Origin: Squalus acanthias
Lineage: Eukaryota
Reading direction: 5' to 3'
DNA: 64,000 bases
NCBI GenBank assembly: GCA_030390025.1
Contig: CM059431.1
Span: forward strand, 126,792,001 to 126,856,000
A program made the translations under genes and the position numbers. Below the pieces are notes generated by a model. That model searched no databases. It was given only the letters and a program-made list of their open reading frames with translations, and was not told where the DNA came from. Position 1 is the stretch's first letter, and each line of letters begins with the position of its first letter. This document shows positions 39,276 through 51,454 of the stretch, in pieces.

Positions 39276-40909
39276 GGACCGGATTTTGCGGTCAGCGGCG
39301 AAGGGATGGCACTCGCCGCTGAGCTCAAAGAAAGCTGCCCACAAAGATTTAGCGATCTCTGTGGCGTTGATTTTCCCTATTCTGACATGAATTTTAATCT
39401 GGCACCAGCTAGAAGGGATATGTAGGCCGGAATTTTGCTGGTGCTCAGGGGGTGGGTTTGGAGGTGGGACATCCGGCAAAATCGCAAAGATTGACAGCAG
39501 GTCGGAAACCCGCTGTCAAACCACCTCCAATCAATCTTCCCAGGTGTCGGGTCCCTGATTTGTGCATGGACCCGACATCTAATGATGGGAAGAGGATGAT
39601 AGGCACTTAAGTATCTGTTAACAGGTTGTTAACAGGCAGTTAAGAGGCTTTCTGCTATTTTGACAGGTCCACTGGGAGCTTCCTGATGTCCGGACACCAT
39701 GCCAGGTAAGTGTGGCGTGGTGTGGGTCTGCTGTAATGTTTCTGCATTGATGACAGCTGCCGAAGTGGTGTGAAGGGTCCAATGGTACACTGGTGAGTTT
39801 CAGAGGTAAGAAAATGTTGGGAAAATCATTTGTAATGCATTTATACTTTTCTGTGGGTGACAAGTTTTGGATTGTGTGTGTAGTCCCACCTCATTGGGAG
39901 AACCTCTCTCACCAGTGACAGATCGCTTCTGTAACCTCACCTGCAGCTGCCATCTGTTCTAGCCTAAGGAGGGAGTCACTGGAGAGCCTGGAAGCAAGGG
40001 CTCACCTTTGTACAGTGATTGTCAGTGTTTGCAGCACCTCAATGCTGTCAAACACTGAAAAATCAGCTGTCAAAAAAAAATGTGCGTGGCCCCTTTAAGA
40101 AAACTGGCAGATGACGCATCATCAACTGACGTCATCTGACACCGGCTTCCTCTTAATTGTCCGGCAAGCTCGCAGGATGGGCTTAACAAGGCCAATTGAC
40201 GTAAAATTGCATCTGTGCATCTGATGTCGTTGGAAGTGGGACTGGAACCCGGAAGGCAGCTGTCCCGCCCCCAAGCCGCATCGATAGGAAAAATCACGGC
40301 TGTGGTGTCAGTGAATAGTGAAGTCACCAAGCAAGCTGAGCAGCCAATCAGATTGAAGAATTCACACAGACAGCAAACCATGAAGTAAAAAGCACTGATT
40401 ATCATTCACTTTTAAATCATTTTACAGAAAGCAAAATAAAGATTGGGACATGCACATGGGATTAAGGTAGAAACTGAAATATCATAAACAAACTTAATTT
40501 TTTTTTTTTTTAATCTATGGAATTTTTATTATGGAATGGAAGGAATGACACTCCACACTTATAAAATTAGTTTTCCAGACCCAGAGAGGTTGCTCAACAG
40601 TAAATATGACTTAGTACACCATTAAAAACTCAGTTACACCTCATTCAATACGGTTTAACCTTTTCAATGGTTTTTACAGTGAAAATAGCAAGTAAAAAGT
40701 TGAAGTTCACGTCAAATCACTGATTCTGTGTTGATTGCATCTGTGAGCAACAGCGCACCCTGTGGAGGAACAGGGTATCACTGACAGCAACTTCCGGATT
40801 TCTGAGTTTAACTGCGCATGTGCGGACACCAGAATTTGCTTCAGTTTTACACAATAATGATGGTGAGCGCTGACAGTTTTGCCGTCATTACAATCGCAAA
40901 TTCTGTGGC
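39276..40909. mobile_element. Harbinger-type MITE containing a second MITE (39424-40300)
   Basis: Outer TSD ATT, inner TSD TGT; short degenerate TIRs. The outer left end resembles 47522-47705. Confidence 0.65.
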
Positions 40910-41047
40910 ATTGTTTTCCAACAGTACACTATTAGATTTTTAACCTCACAAATATGTGGGTGATTATTATGACAATTTGAACGCTCTATTTTTAAGAATG
41001 GATTGGTTTTATATTAAACTCCTATGAATGTCCGCTGGCAGGTCTTT

Positions 41048-42823
41048 GGGGGGAAATTTCCAGGGGGTCAGCAGGTGTGGTCGAGGGCAGGTCAGGTGGG
41101 AAAACATTTTTTTGACAGCGGGTAGGGAATCAGCTGTCAACCCTCCTCTGCACTACTCTCCCAGATGTCAGGTCTGTCAGTGTGGAACAGACCTGACACC
41201 AAGCGGCGGGGGAGGCAATTTAGATCATTAAGAGATTGGTAAGAGGCACTTAAATATCATTTTAAGCTTACCTTTCAATTTTACGAGTTACCCCTTGGGT
41301 TATATGCTGCTCGGGAATCACATCAGCTCAGCAGGTTGTGAGTGGATTCAGCATTGAATTATCTGATTACTTGACAGCTGGAAAAGTAGTATAAAATCTC
41401 CCATCTCACAGCTGTTCACTTTCCAAGCTCAGAAACTGTTGATTACTGCATTTGGAGGACAGATTGAGCTTTACGCAGCTTGCAAGTGTTTGGAGCCAAC
41501 TCTCTATCCACTGTCACCTCACTGGAACAACCTCTCTCACCATTGACAGATCGCTTCAGTCATCTCAACTTCACTTGCCATCTATTACATCAGCATCGGT
41601 GCCCTTGAAACGATCTCACCTTGGTCCTCAGAATCCCACCATGATCAGCCCCAACACCTGCAGCACCAGGCACACCAGCAGCACCAACAACAACACCAAC
41701 CTTCTCCACAATCAACTGATGCTGCAAAGGACACAGGGCATCAGCACCTGACCACAATGTTGGCCGGGAGGCCAGGAATGGTCTCACCATGGCCAGATTT
41801 ACTTCACTTGATGCTGTAGACCCTGGCTGCTACATGATGCGCCAGGTTGGCACCACCCCACACCAACACCATAAAGCATCCCTACAAATCCCGAGCCATT
41901 CCTTTCACACTCATCGTCATTGCGTGGGGTACCGTTATGTCTCACCATTCACTGCAACTCACTGAGCCACTTCCAAAGGTGCACACAAATCTGTCCAAGA
42001 ACGCAACGTGTTGAAAATAAAGATTTCAATGTTTGACAGCACATTAACAGAAACTTCACATGAACATTGGCTAAAACATCCAAGTGCCTACCCTTGTGTG
42101 TTGTTAGTTGATATGATTAGACTAGGATGAGGGCGAGTGTGAGGGGTGGCTAGTGAGATGGCGAAGTGATAATGTAGATAGCGAGAGATGGGTGGAGGTG
42201 CAAGGTAAGTTGGTGTTAGTAATGAAGTGCAGGAGTAGGGTAGGGAAGGCAGAGTGATGGGGATGTGATGAGTGGCACAGCAGGATGAGGTTGAATGTGG
42301 CTTTGCAGTAACGTTTCGTGATCTACTGAGATCATTGAAAGGTTTGCGTCACTACAGCCTAGTCCTCCTAACGACATCCCTGCTTGTGTTGTCCTGTGCA
42401 AGGTTCAACCAGGCTGCGTTGATCTCCTGGGGAGGTCTCTTCCGCCCGTGGAAAGGAAAGAGGACCTCCCTGTGTGCTGTGACTCCTTCCATAAACATAT
42501 GGAGGGAGTCCTGGGAGAGCGTTGGTGCAGCCCTGCACCTCTGTGCAGTGCTTGTCAGTGTTTGCAGCACCTCAATGCTGTAGAACAGTAACAGCACAAC
42601 TGTCAAAATCAATTTGCGCATGGTCCCTTTAAGGAAACCGGCTGATGACGCGTCATCAAGTGAAGTCACCAAATCCGCTTCCTTTAATTGGCTGGGGAAC
42701 ATGCTGGGTGGGCTTACCAAGCCCAAGTAATGTAAGATCACTCTACAGAGCGGGCTGGAGCCAGCAGCGTGGTCGCACCCCACCACCGACCCCGGCCGCA
42801 CCTCGGTAGGTGAAATTGCAGCC
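41048..42823. mobile_element. Non-autonomous Harbinger derivative
   Basis: Left terminus GGGGGGAAATTT. MADF exon remnant on minus (VTAHREVLFPFHGRKRPPQEINAAWLNLAQ). Inverted homolog of 26371-33942. Confidence 0.75.
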
Positions 42824-42831
42824 TTAGAATC

Positions 42832-43753
42832 TGATTATCATAAAATCCAACTTTTCACTGTAACTTTGAGTGTCCATGCACTCACTACCATCTAACAATG
42901 GAATAAATAGGAAAAATATCATGTAATTGTGTACTATCATTCTACTATATAGGCAGTAAACATATATAAAATACTGGCTGTAATGTAACAATAGTTACAA
43001 CATTGTCATGATGAGATATTTTTGCTGCATGAGAGTTTTTGGAAGTTAGAGATCTCTTCCACCTTAAGGTATAAAATCCCACAATGTATCTCTTTAAATT
43101 TCCAACCTGAATGAGTAGCATTAAATCAACAAGATTAATATTTATTACATAATTGTGAATACGATGAAGCTTTTCATTTAATTCTATCACACTGTTTCAT
43201 TTTTTTTTTGTCCTTGCCGATTGCTTGTCACCATACATCTACTTTCAGTCAGGAACAGGATTAGCTGGTACAAGCCTCCTTGATGACTTCCAGTATGCTA
43301 TATATAATTTAATTTGCACCCACCGAAGGAGCAAGAATGTAATCTCAGGCAGTGGTGCATGAAAAATACAGTAAGGTATTTTTTTTTACAAGTGCTTGTT
43401 TGATATATAACAACCTCAGATCTCTGAAGAGTAAATGTATCATTTTTTACAAAAGCTTTCAACTTCCAATGCCATCACGCGATGTACATTTCTTTAAAGG
43501 GATAGTTTATTGAATTTTATACCTCCAGATGGAAGAGAATTCTATCTTCCAAATACTTGAATACAGAATTAATATCTCATCATGACAATATTATAATTAT
43601 TATTATAATATGCTCTGTATTTTATATGTATTCGCCCTCATCTTACACAATTATATGACATTGTTATTGTTTTCTCATTTATTCCATTGATAAATGGTAA
43701 TAAGTGCATAAATACTCAAAGTTATAATTAGAAGCTCAATTTTATGATAATCA
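42832..43753. repeat. Long, diverged AT-rich inverted repeat (arms ~270 bp, spacer ~390 bp)
   Basis: Perfectly complementary blocks: 42832-42846/43739-43753, 42896-42908/43677-43689, 43002-43020/43571-43589 and 43067-43077/43514-43524. Confidence 0.85.
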
Positions 43754-44199
43754 CATTACTGGCTGGTGTAAGCAGTGTAGCTTGTATAAAAATGTGGTTT
43801 GCAGTAGGTACAATTGTAGTTGGTTTCAAAAAATAATAAAAGTAAGCTCAGCCCATAATAGTGCTCTCATGTGGTCTAACCAAGAATTAACAAATGTCAT
43901 CCAAAAACCTAGCGATCTGGAACGCCAGGTATCCCTTAACCGAGACACCTGACCTCTTGGTTGGGAGTCTATCCCTCAATTATTAATGTCATCAGTTCTT
44001 TTCTTTATTTGCTTTCATTTTTATGCTTTCTCACAGTTATGTTTTTTTTGCAGAGGTAGACTTTCTCATTAGCAAGGCCTATCTGAAAATGATGAAACAT
44101 TAATGTCATGCAATATTCTCTTTGTAACTAAAATACAAGCCATAGGGGTAGAAATGGGAGGTTTAAAGCAGAGATATGCTGCAAGAGGAAGGATGCTGA

Positions 44200-45425
44200 T
44201 AGAAGCAACATTTCAAAAAGATAGACAAGGGTAAAGAGTAGATGACATATACTTGGATTTTCAAAAGACCTTCGATAAGGTACCACACGGATAGACAAAG
44301 GTTAGAGCATATGGAGTCAAGGGACAAATAGCTGAATGGATAGCAAATTGGCTAAAAAATAGAAAGCAGAGAGGATGAATAAAGAACAGTTATTCAGATT
44401 AGAGGAAGGTAGAAAGTGAAGTTTCACAAGGATCAATGCTAGGACCACTGTTATTCTTAATTTACTTTAATGATTTGGATTTAGAAACAAGTAACTCAAT
44501 ATCAAATTGGGGGGTGGTGGGCAGGGGCAGGGGTAGGTATAGCTAACACTGAGGAAGAATCCAACATAATACAGTTAAGAATGAAGCAAAGTGGCAAACG
44601 AACTTTAACAGATAAATGTGAAGTGATGCACCAGGAAAATAGAAACATCACCTACACCTTAGAAAATAAGAAATTGAATGGGGTAGAAGAGCAAAGGGAT
44701 CCAGGAATACAGGTGAGCAAATCATTAAAAGCAGCACTGAAGGTTAGCAAAGAAATTAAAAATGCTAACAAAGAAACTGGGATTCTTTTCTAGGGGTATA
44801 GAATTCAAAAGTAGTGAAGTTATGTTAAACTTGTATAGGACCCTGGTTAGGCCACACTTAGAGTACTGTGCACAGTTGTGGTCCCCGTACTATAAAAAGG
44901 ACGTAGAAGCACTGGAGAAAGTGCAAAAACAATTTACAAGGAAGGTACCAGAACTGAGAGATTACAGCTGTCGGGAAAGATTGAACAGGTTGGGGCTTTT
45001 TTCTTTAGAAAAGTAGAGACTCAAAAGTGACCTGATAGAGGTCTTAAAAATTATGAATGGGTTGGACAGGGTAGATGTGGAGAGAATGGTTCCACTTGTG
45101 GGAGAATCCAAAACTAGGGACCATAAATACAAGATTGATACTAATAAATCTAATAGGAAAATAAGGAGTAATTTCTTTACTCAGGGAGTGGTTAGAATGA
45201 GGAACTCGCTATCAGAGAAAGTGGTTGAGATAAATAGCTTAGAAGCTTTCAAAAGGAAAGTAGATGAGTACATGAGAGAAAAGGGAATAGAAAGATATGT
45301 TGAAAGGCTGAGATGAGGTAGACCGAATGGGAGGAGATTTGCGTGGAGTTTAAACACCAGCACAGACTATTTGGGCCAAATGGCTTGTTTCCGTGCTGTA
45401 TATTCTGTGTAATTCTATGTAATTT
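44200..45425 (+). mobile_element. Degenerate CR1 LINE
   Basis: ORF pieces YRTLVRPHLEYCAQLWSP and RSNFFTQGVV; ATTCTRTG-type tail. Confidence 0.85.
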
Positions 45426-46227
45426 GAGGGCTATGGGCCCCTTGCATATGCTAATGAGGGGCCTAATGCCTGCTTGAAGACCCCACATGGAAATTGGGCA
45501 GCCTTGAGCGAAGCAGGCGCCGGACCTGCTCGCCCATATTTTCCAGGCATGGATGCGGCCAAGTAAGTGGCCGCCTCCAAAAAGATATTTTTTTTAGGAT
45601 GATGTGGATACAGTAAATGTGGTCCAGCAATTTGTAGGACAATTTTTGTATTCTTCAAAAAATTTCCATGTGCATTAAACATTTTATGAAGCCGATGGCT
45701 TTTAGGCTTCTGCAGTGTTGCCCTTACTTAACATTTTCAGGTTTGATCATTTTTTGGCTAAATATTTCTTAAGTTTAAAATCTGACCTGCAAAGTAATAC
45801 ATAGTGGGTCCCAACTTAATATTTGGCTGGTGAGCTACAATGATGTGAATAACTCTTAACAGACCACTCAATTGTTTTAAATGTATCTTTTGAATATGTA
45901 TGATTTGAGAAAAAAATGTTGATGCTGTTGAGAATAACATTCATATTTTGCTGTTTCAAAATCAGCAATGCAAATGCAGTTTATTCCAAAAATAGCAGCA
46001 AAGCATCAACCGTTGAGAATTAAGCATTTATTATTTTAGGTATGAAGTTTTGGCACCACAGTATCTGATAAATGTTTTATTCAGTACAGAATAACTATGC
46101 TTGATGCTTACATTATTATCTCTAGAGTAGTCATCTTGTTATTAATGATTAAGTGCCTGAATTATATTGTGAAAAATGAATTAAACTCAAAATTTATTTT
46201 AAGTCATTCCATCTTCAATTCAGTTCA

Positions 46228-46704
46228 AAAAGAAAATACTGCAGAAGCTGGAAATCTGAAATAAAAACAGAAAATGCTGGAGATACTCAGCAGGTCAGGC
46301 AGCATCTGTGAAGAGAGAAACAAAGTTAACGTTTCAGGTCAATGACCTTTCATCAGAACTGGAAAAAAGCAGGAAATGGCACAGATTTTTAAGCAAGTGT
46401 AGGGGCTGGGAAAGGGGGGAGGGGATGAAAGAACAAAAGGGAAGGTCTGTGATAGGATAGAAGGCCTTGAATATCTCTTAATGTCTCTTAACCTCTCCTG
46501 CCTTCTATCCTATCACAGACCTTCCCTTTTGTTCTTTCATCCCTTCCCCCCTTTCCCAGCCCCTACACTTGCTTAAAAATCTGTTCCATTTCCTGCTTTT
46601 GTCCAGTTCTGACGAAAGGTCATCGACCTGAAACGTTAACTCTGTTTCTCTCTTCACAGATGCTGCCTGACCTGCTGAGTATCTCCAGCATTTTCTGTTT
46701 TTAT
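46228..46704. mobile_element. Non-autonomous Penelope-like element made of two inverted pLTRs (~210 bp hairpin arms)
   Basis: ~46257-46466 is nearly perfectly complementary to ~46500-46708. Flanking duplication TTCAATTC(A/C)GTTCA. Same pLTR family as the GIY-YIG-bearing element at 49515. Confidence 0.85.
46605..46641 (+). ncRNA. Minimal type I hammerhead ribozyme motif (mirror copy on minus at 46324-46360)
   Basis: AGTT-CTGACGA-A-AGGTC(ATC)GACCT-GAAA-CG-TTA-ACT: CUGANGA and GAAA boxes, stem II and a palindromic short stem III, as described for Penelope pLTRs. Confidence 0.75.
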
Positions 46705-47704
46705 TTCAATTCCGTTCAGTTATACTTGTAGCTACTGGGAAAACTGGTAGGTATTGTCACACTATAGTGTCACTGCAAAGAAATGCATAATTACCAGAGC
46801 AAGGAAAAGCACTGTCACTTGGCCTTCACATAGCAAATATTTAACTCAGCAAGATAGCTGCAGACAAGGCTAGAATCCATCAGGAAAATGAGGAAAAGTA
46901 CAATGCCTGATTTTCTTCTTTGTGGCTGGATTTGACATCTAATATACACATTTGTGCATTGGCCACGCCCCATGTGCTCCTGTGGGCATAAACTATTTTC
47001 TTGCCTTTGGCAAATCGCAGTCATTAATATAATACATTGTGCTGTGAACAACAGCTCTGCATTTTTGGGAGGAAGCGCTTTTTAATTTATATTCTTAATG
47101 AACTTTTTTTGCCTGTCAGTGCTGGGGACTGAAACATTTTTAAATGTTGGTGTCCAATATAATATCTTCAAGCAAAGATAGGTACTCTAGACAATGTGCC
47201 TTAAAGCTAAACACAAAAGAGCATTATATTGAAGTAATTTAATAATTTTCCCCCCCATATTTTTCATGTTAACCATTGCTTTTCTGGGTGAGATTGCTAA
47301 TGATGCGCAATTGCAGTTCAATTCTGAGCGGTTTTGTGTAGTAGACATTTGCCTAACAGGAAGTGGATTGGGACAAACCAAATTCAAGTGGTACTCCAAC
47401 AACTGGCAAAAAATACATGTTCAACCTAATAATCTGTGCAAAATTAAAACTCAGTTACTGGCAGTTTTAATATGGCATGCAAATCCATCTCATTTACTAA
47501 AGTCGCTTGTGTTCATTTAATGGGCAAAATTTTGCGGTCAGTGGTTTCTTACACTTGCCCTTGCCCACAGACTTTCTATGGGATTTTGCACTAGAACATA
47601 TGTGATTAGGAAGCTATTTCGGCGTGCCGCCCTCTACAGGGGATCTGGGACCTGTGTGAACAAGGCAAGCAATTGTGTATCTCATTAACCAATCAGATTG
47701 AAGA

Positions 47705-48273
47705 ATCAACTATTCACTGTATTTATTCGTGACTTGGATGACGGGATAGAGAGCCACATATCCTTGTTTGCCAATGACACAAAGATAGGTGGCATTGTCA
47801 GCAGTGTAGATGGAAGCACAAAATTACAAAGAGATATTAATAGATTAAGTGAATGGGCAAAACTGTGGCAAATGGATTTCAATGTAGGCAAGTGTGAGAT
47901 CATCCACTTTGAACCAAAAAGGATAGATCAGAGTATTTTCTAAATGGTGAAAAGCTAGAAACAGTGGAGGTCCAAAGAGACTTAGGGTTCCATGTACACA
48001 GATCATTAAAATGTCATGGAAAGGTGCAGAAAATAATCAAAAAGGCTAATGGAATGATGGCCTTTATTTCTAGAGGACGAGAATACAAGGGGGGTAGAAT
48101 CATGCTGCAGCTCTATAAAGCCCTGGTTAGACCACACCTGGAGTACTGTGAGCAGTTCTGGGCACTACACCTTAGGAAGGATATATTGGCTGTGGAGGGA
48201 GTGCAGCGTAGGTTTTCTAGAAGGTTACCTGGACTTCGAACGTTAAATTACAAGGAGAGGTTACACAAACTAG
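47705..48273 (+). mobile_element. CR1 LINE fragment, left part (continues at 63776)
   Basis: SLFANDTKIGG and RPHLEYCEQFW. Removing the Harbinger restores ERLHKLGLYSLEF. Confidence 0.9.
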
Positions 48274-49514
48274 GGGGGAGAAATTCAGTTGGTTAGCACC
48301 TCCCGTTAGCGCCTGGCAGGGCCGCTAACGAGGCGCTAATGCAGTAGCGCCAGGCCGAGGAGAATCCAGCGCCGCATGCCAGGGAGAGGAGGCGCCTTCT
48401 CAAGCAGCCGGATGGTGGCTCCAGGGGCGATATTTAAAGGGATCAGTCGCAGCTTTCAGGTCAGTGCTGTTTCATTGCTTCCTTGTCAGTTTGAGATTGT
48501 GCAACAGTTTCATTCAGTCATTTCAAGGATTTTTTTACTTTCAAGAGTGGCTACTCAAATTTAGTGACATTTATTCTGACAAGGTATCAAAGTGCTACAC
48601 TTGGTAACATTAACGGGGGCTGTACTGGCAGTCGACCTCGCCCTCCAGGATCTACGGCGGAGGGAGCGGAGGCAGCGAGAAAGACTGGAACATGTGGCCA
48701 GAGGGAGGAGGAGGGCCATCAGGGCTCTTAACAGGAGGCCTTACCCTCCAAGGGTATGCCCAGAGCACTTCTCCAACCTCCAATTAAATGAGGAGCAGTG
48801 TATTAGAAGGCTCTGCTTCACCAAGGAGGTGGTCACAGAGCTCTGCCACCTCCTGCAACCAGACCTTGAGCCTCAGATCAGGTCGACCACGGCTCTCCCA
48901 GTAGCAGTCAAGGTCACCGTCGCCCTCAATTTCTTCGCCAGTGGATCCTTCCAGTCTGCAACAGGAGATATAGCTAACATCTCGCAGTTCGACGTCTATC
49001 GCTGCATCCGGGAGGTCACAGAGGCTCTCTGCAGTAGGAGAAGCGACTATATTTCCTTCCCCATCACCAGAGAGAACCAGGACGAACATGCATGTGGCTT
49101 TGCCAGGATAGCGGGCTTCCCCATGGTGCAGGGCACCATTGACTGCACTCACGTCACTTTGCGAGCACCGCATAACAATCCTGAGATCTTCCGTAACCAC
49201 AAAGATTACCACTCACTTAATGTGCAGTTGGTGTGTGACCACAGACAGCGAATCCACACTGTCAATGCTCGCTATCCTGGCAGCAGCCACGATGCCTTCA
49301 TCCTGCGCCAGACAGGTGTGCCAGCAGTCTTCCAGCCACCACGTCAAGCTCGGTGCTGGCTGGTCAGAGACAATGGCTGTCCGCTCTCCACCTGACTCAT
49401 GACTCTCTTCCGCAACCCCAACACTCCTGCTCAGCACTCATATAATGAGAGCCATCCCGTCACCAGGAACATGATCGAGCAGACCATGGGGGTGCTCAAG
49501 CAATGTTTCCACTG

Positions 49515-50510
49515 TAACAGAAAACGCTGGAAAACTCAGCAGGCGAGGCAGCATCCGTGGAGAGAGAAACAGAGTTAACGTTTCAGGTCGAAGACCTTTC
49601 ATCAGAACTGGAGACAGCAGGAAATCAAATAGATTTAAAGCAAGGATAAAGCTGGGAAAAGGGGGAGGGAATGAAAGAACAAAAGGAGAGATTAAGAGAC
49701 ATTAAGAGACATTAAGAGATATTCAAGGCATGAGGTGGTATTAATGTGACAGGTTAAGGCTGAAAGAAGTGTGAAATGCAATGGCAGAATGAAGGACAGC
49801 TGCCAGCTTCTAGGAGGAAAAAAAAAGGGGGGGGGCAAATAAAAGGGTGGATGAGAAAATAAAATATAAATGTGATGGGGCTAAGGTTATGATCTAAAAT
49901 TGTTGAACTCGATATTGAGTCCAGAGGGCTGTAGCGTGCCTAAACGAAAGATGAGGTGCTGTTCCTCGAGCTTACGCTGCGCTTCCGTGGAACAGTGTAA
50001 TAGGCCGAGGACGGTAAGGTCAGAGTGGGAGTGAAGCGGTGAATTAAAGTGACAGGCGACCGGGAGCTCGGGGTCCCCCTTACGGACTGAATGGAGGTGT
50101 TCCGCAAAGCGGTCACCCAATCTGCGTTTGGTCTCCCCAATGTAGAGGAGACCACATCGTGAGCAGCGAATACAGTATACTAAATTGGCAGCTGTCCTTA
50201 ATTCTGCCATTGCATTTCACACTTCTTTCAGCCTTAACCTGTCACATTAACACCACCTCTTGCCTTGAATATCTCTTAATGTCTCTTAATCTCTCCTTTT
50301 GTTCTTTCATCCCCTCCCCCTTTTCCCAGCTTTATCCTTGCTTTAAATCTATTTGATTTCCTGCTGTCTCCAGTTCTGATGAAAGGTCTTCGACCTGAAA
50401 CGTTAACTCTGTTTCTCTCTCCACGGATGCTGCCTCGCCTGCTGAGTTTTTCCAGCGTTTTCTGTTGTTATTTCGGATTTCCAGCATCTGCAGTATTTTG
50501 CTATCGTATT
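49515..50510 (-). mobile_element. Penelope-like element: GIY-YIG endonuclease 3' fragment plus pLTR, with an inverted pLTR at the 5' truncation
   Basis: ORF 49887-50210 NLVYCIRCSRCGLLYIGETKRRLGDRFAEH...PSGLN. ~49515-49805 is inverted at ~50187-50467. 13 bp TSD AATGTTTCCACTG at 49502-49514 and 50511-50523. Confidence 0.92.
50372..50408 (+). ncRNA. Minimal hammerhead ribozyme motif (mirror copy on minus at 49573-49609)
   Basis: AGTT-CTGATGA-A-AGGTC(TTC)GACCT-GAAA-CG-TTA-ACT. Confidence 0.78.
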
Positions 50511-50700
50511 AATGTTTCCACTGCCTTGACTGCTCGGGAGGAGCCCTCCAGTATTCGACTGAGCGGGTGTCCCATTTCGTCGTGGTCTGCTGCATGCTCC
50601 ACAACTTGGCCATCATGAGGGCGCAGCCCTTGCCAGCAGGGATTGCGGGACCACCTCAGGAGGAGGAAGAGGGACAGGAGGAGGAGGATGAGGATGAAGA

Positions 50701-50733
<33 letters not shown>

Positions 50734-51182
50734 GGAGGGACAAGAATGAGGGAGGAGGCAGCCACTCAATCGGCCTTCTAGAAGGGTAGTCTGTGACTGC
50801 CTCATCAGACTGCGGTTCCAATAATTAAACCCCAGATCCCTGTTGCTCAACACATCCCCATCATTCCATTCCTGTTGCAGGCCATATCACAGCACAAAGC
50901 TGAAATGAGAGACACCACAAAATCATCCAAAGCCAATTAATACATTTATCAATAATCAGTGAACAAATATTTATAACAACAATATTGGCTATTCACCCTT
51001 GTGCAATCTCTTAGTGCCCCTCGTTACAGTGCCTTTGCCTACTCTAGTGCTCGATGAAGTGTTGGCACAGTGGCTGCAGCACGGCTGGTGGAAGGCTGGT
51101 GAGTGACTGTGCGGGAGACTTCAGATGGCCTTGTAGGACGCCCTCAACCAGCTGAAGACCTGGAAGGCCCAGCTGTAGACTG

Positions 51183-51376
51183 TGTGGTAACACAATACAG
51201 CTTCCTGTGACTCGAACTTTATTGCATCACTTCCTGTGATTAGTCCAGGATAAATACTGGACTGATCAGTTGGATCCTGGAGAGGCATAGAGTAAGACCT
51301 CTTTTGTATGTAGCACCTTTTTAGTTGATTAAAGCTTACTTTAAGTTCACCACGCGTAAGGCTCATTCTTACGACA
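51183..51376 (+). repeat. Gypsy 5' LTR
   Basis: Identical by eye to 59638-59831. ATAAATA at 51250-51256; ATTAAA at 51328-51333. Confidence 0.95.
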
Positions 51377-51454
51377 ATTTAATCAACTTTGGAAAACTTC
51401 GCACTCAAACTTTTTGGACGAACTCGGAACTGAGGATCCAGGGAATCACCCATC

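Larger units (their letters stand above)
48613..50823 (+). pseudogene. Harbinger (HARBI1-like) DDE transposase pseudogene of element A
   Basis: ORF 48592-49395 with GTIDCTH and YPGSSHDAFIL. In-frame stop at 49393; Penelope insertion at 49515. C-terminus (VVCCMLHNLAI plus acidic run) at 50524-50823. Confidence 0.9.
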
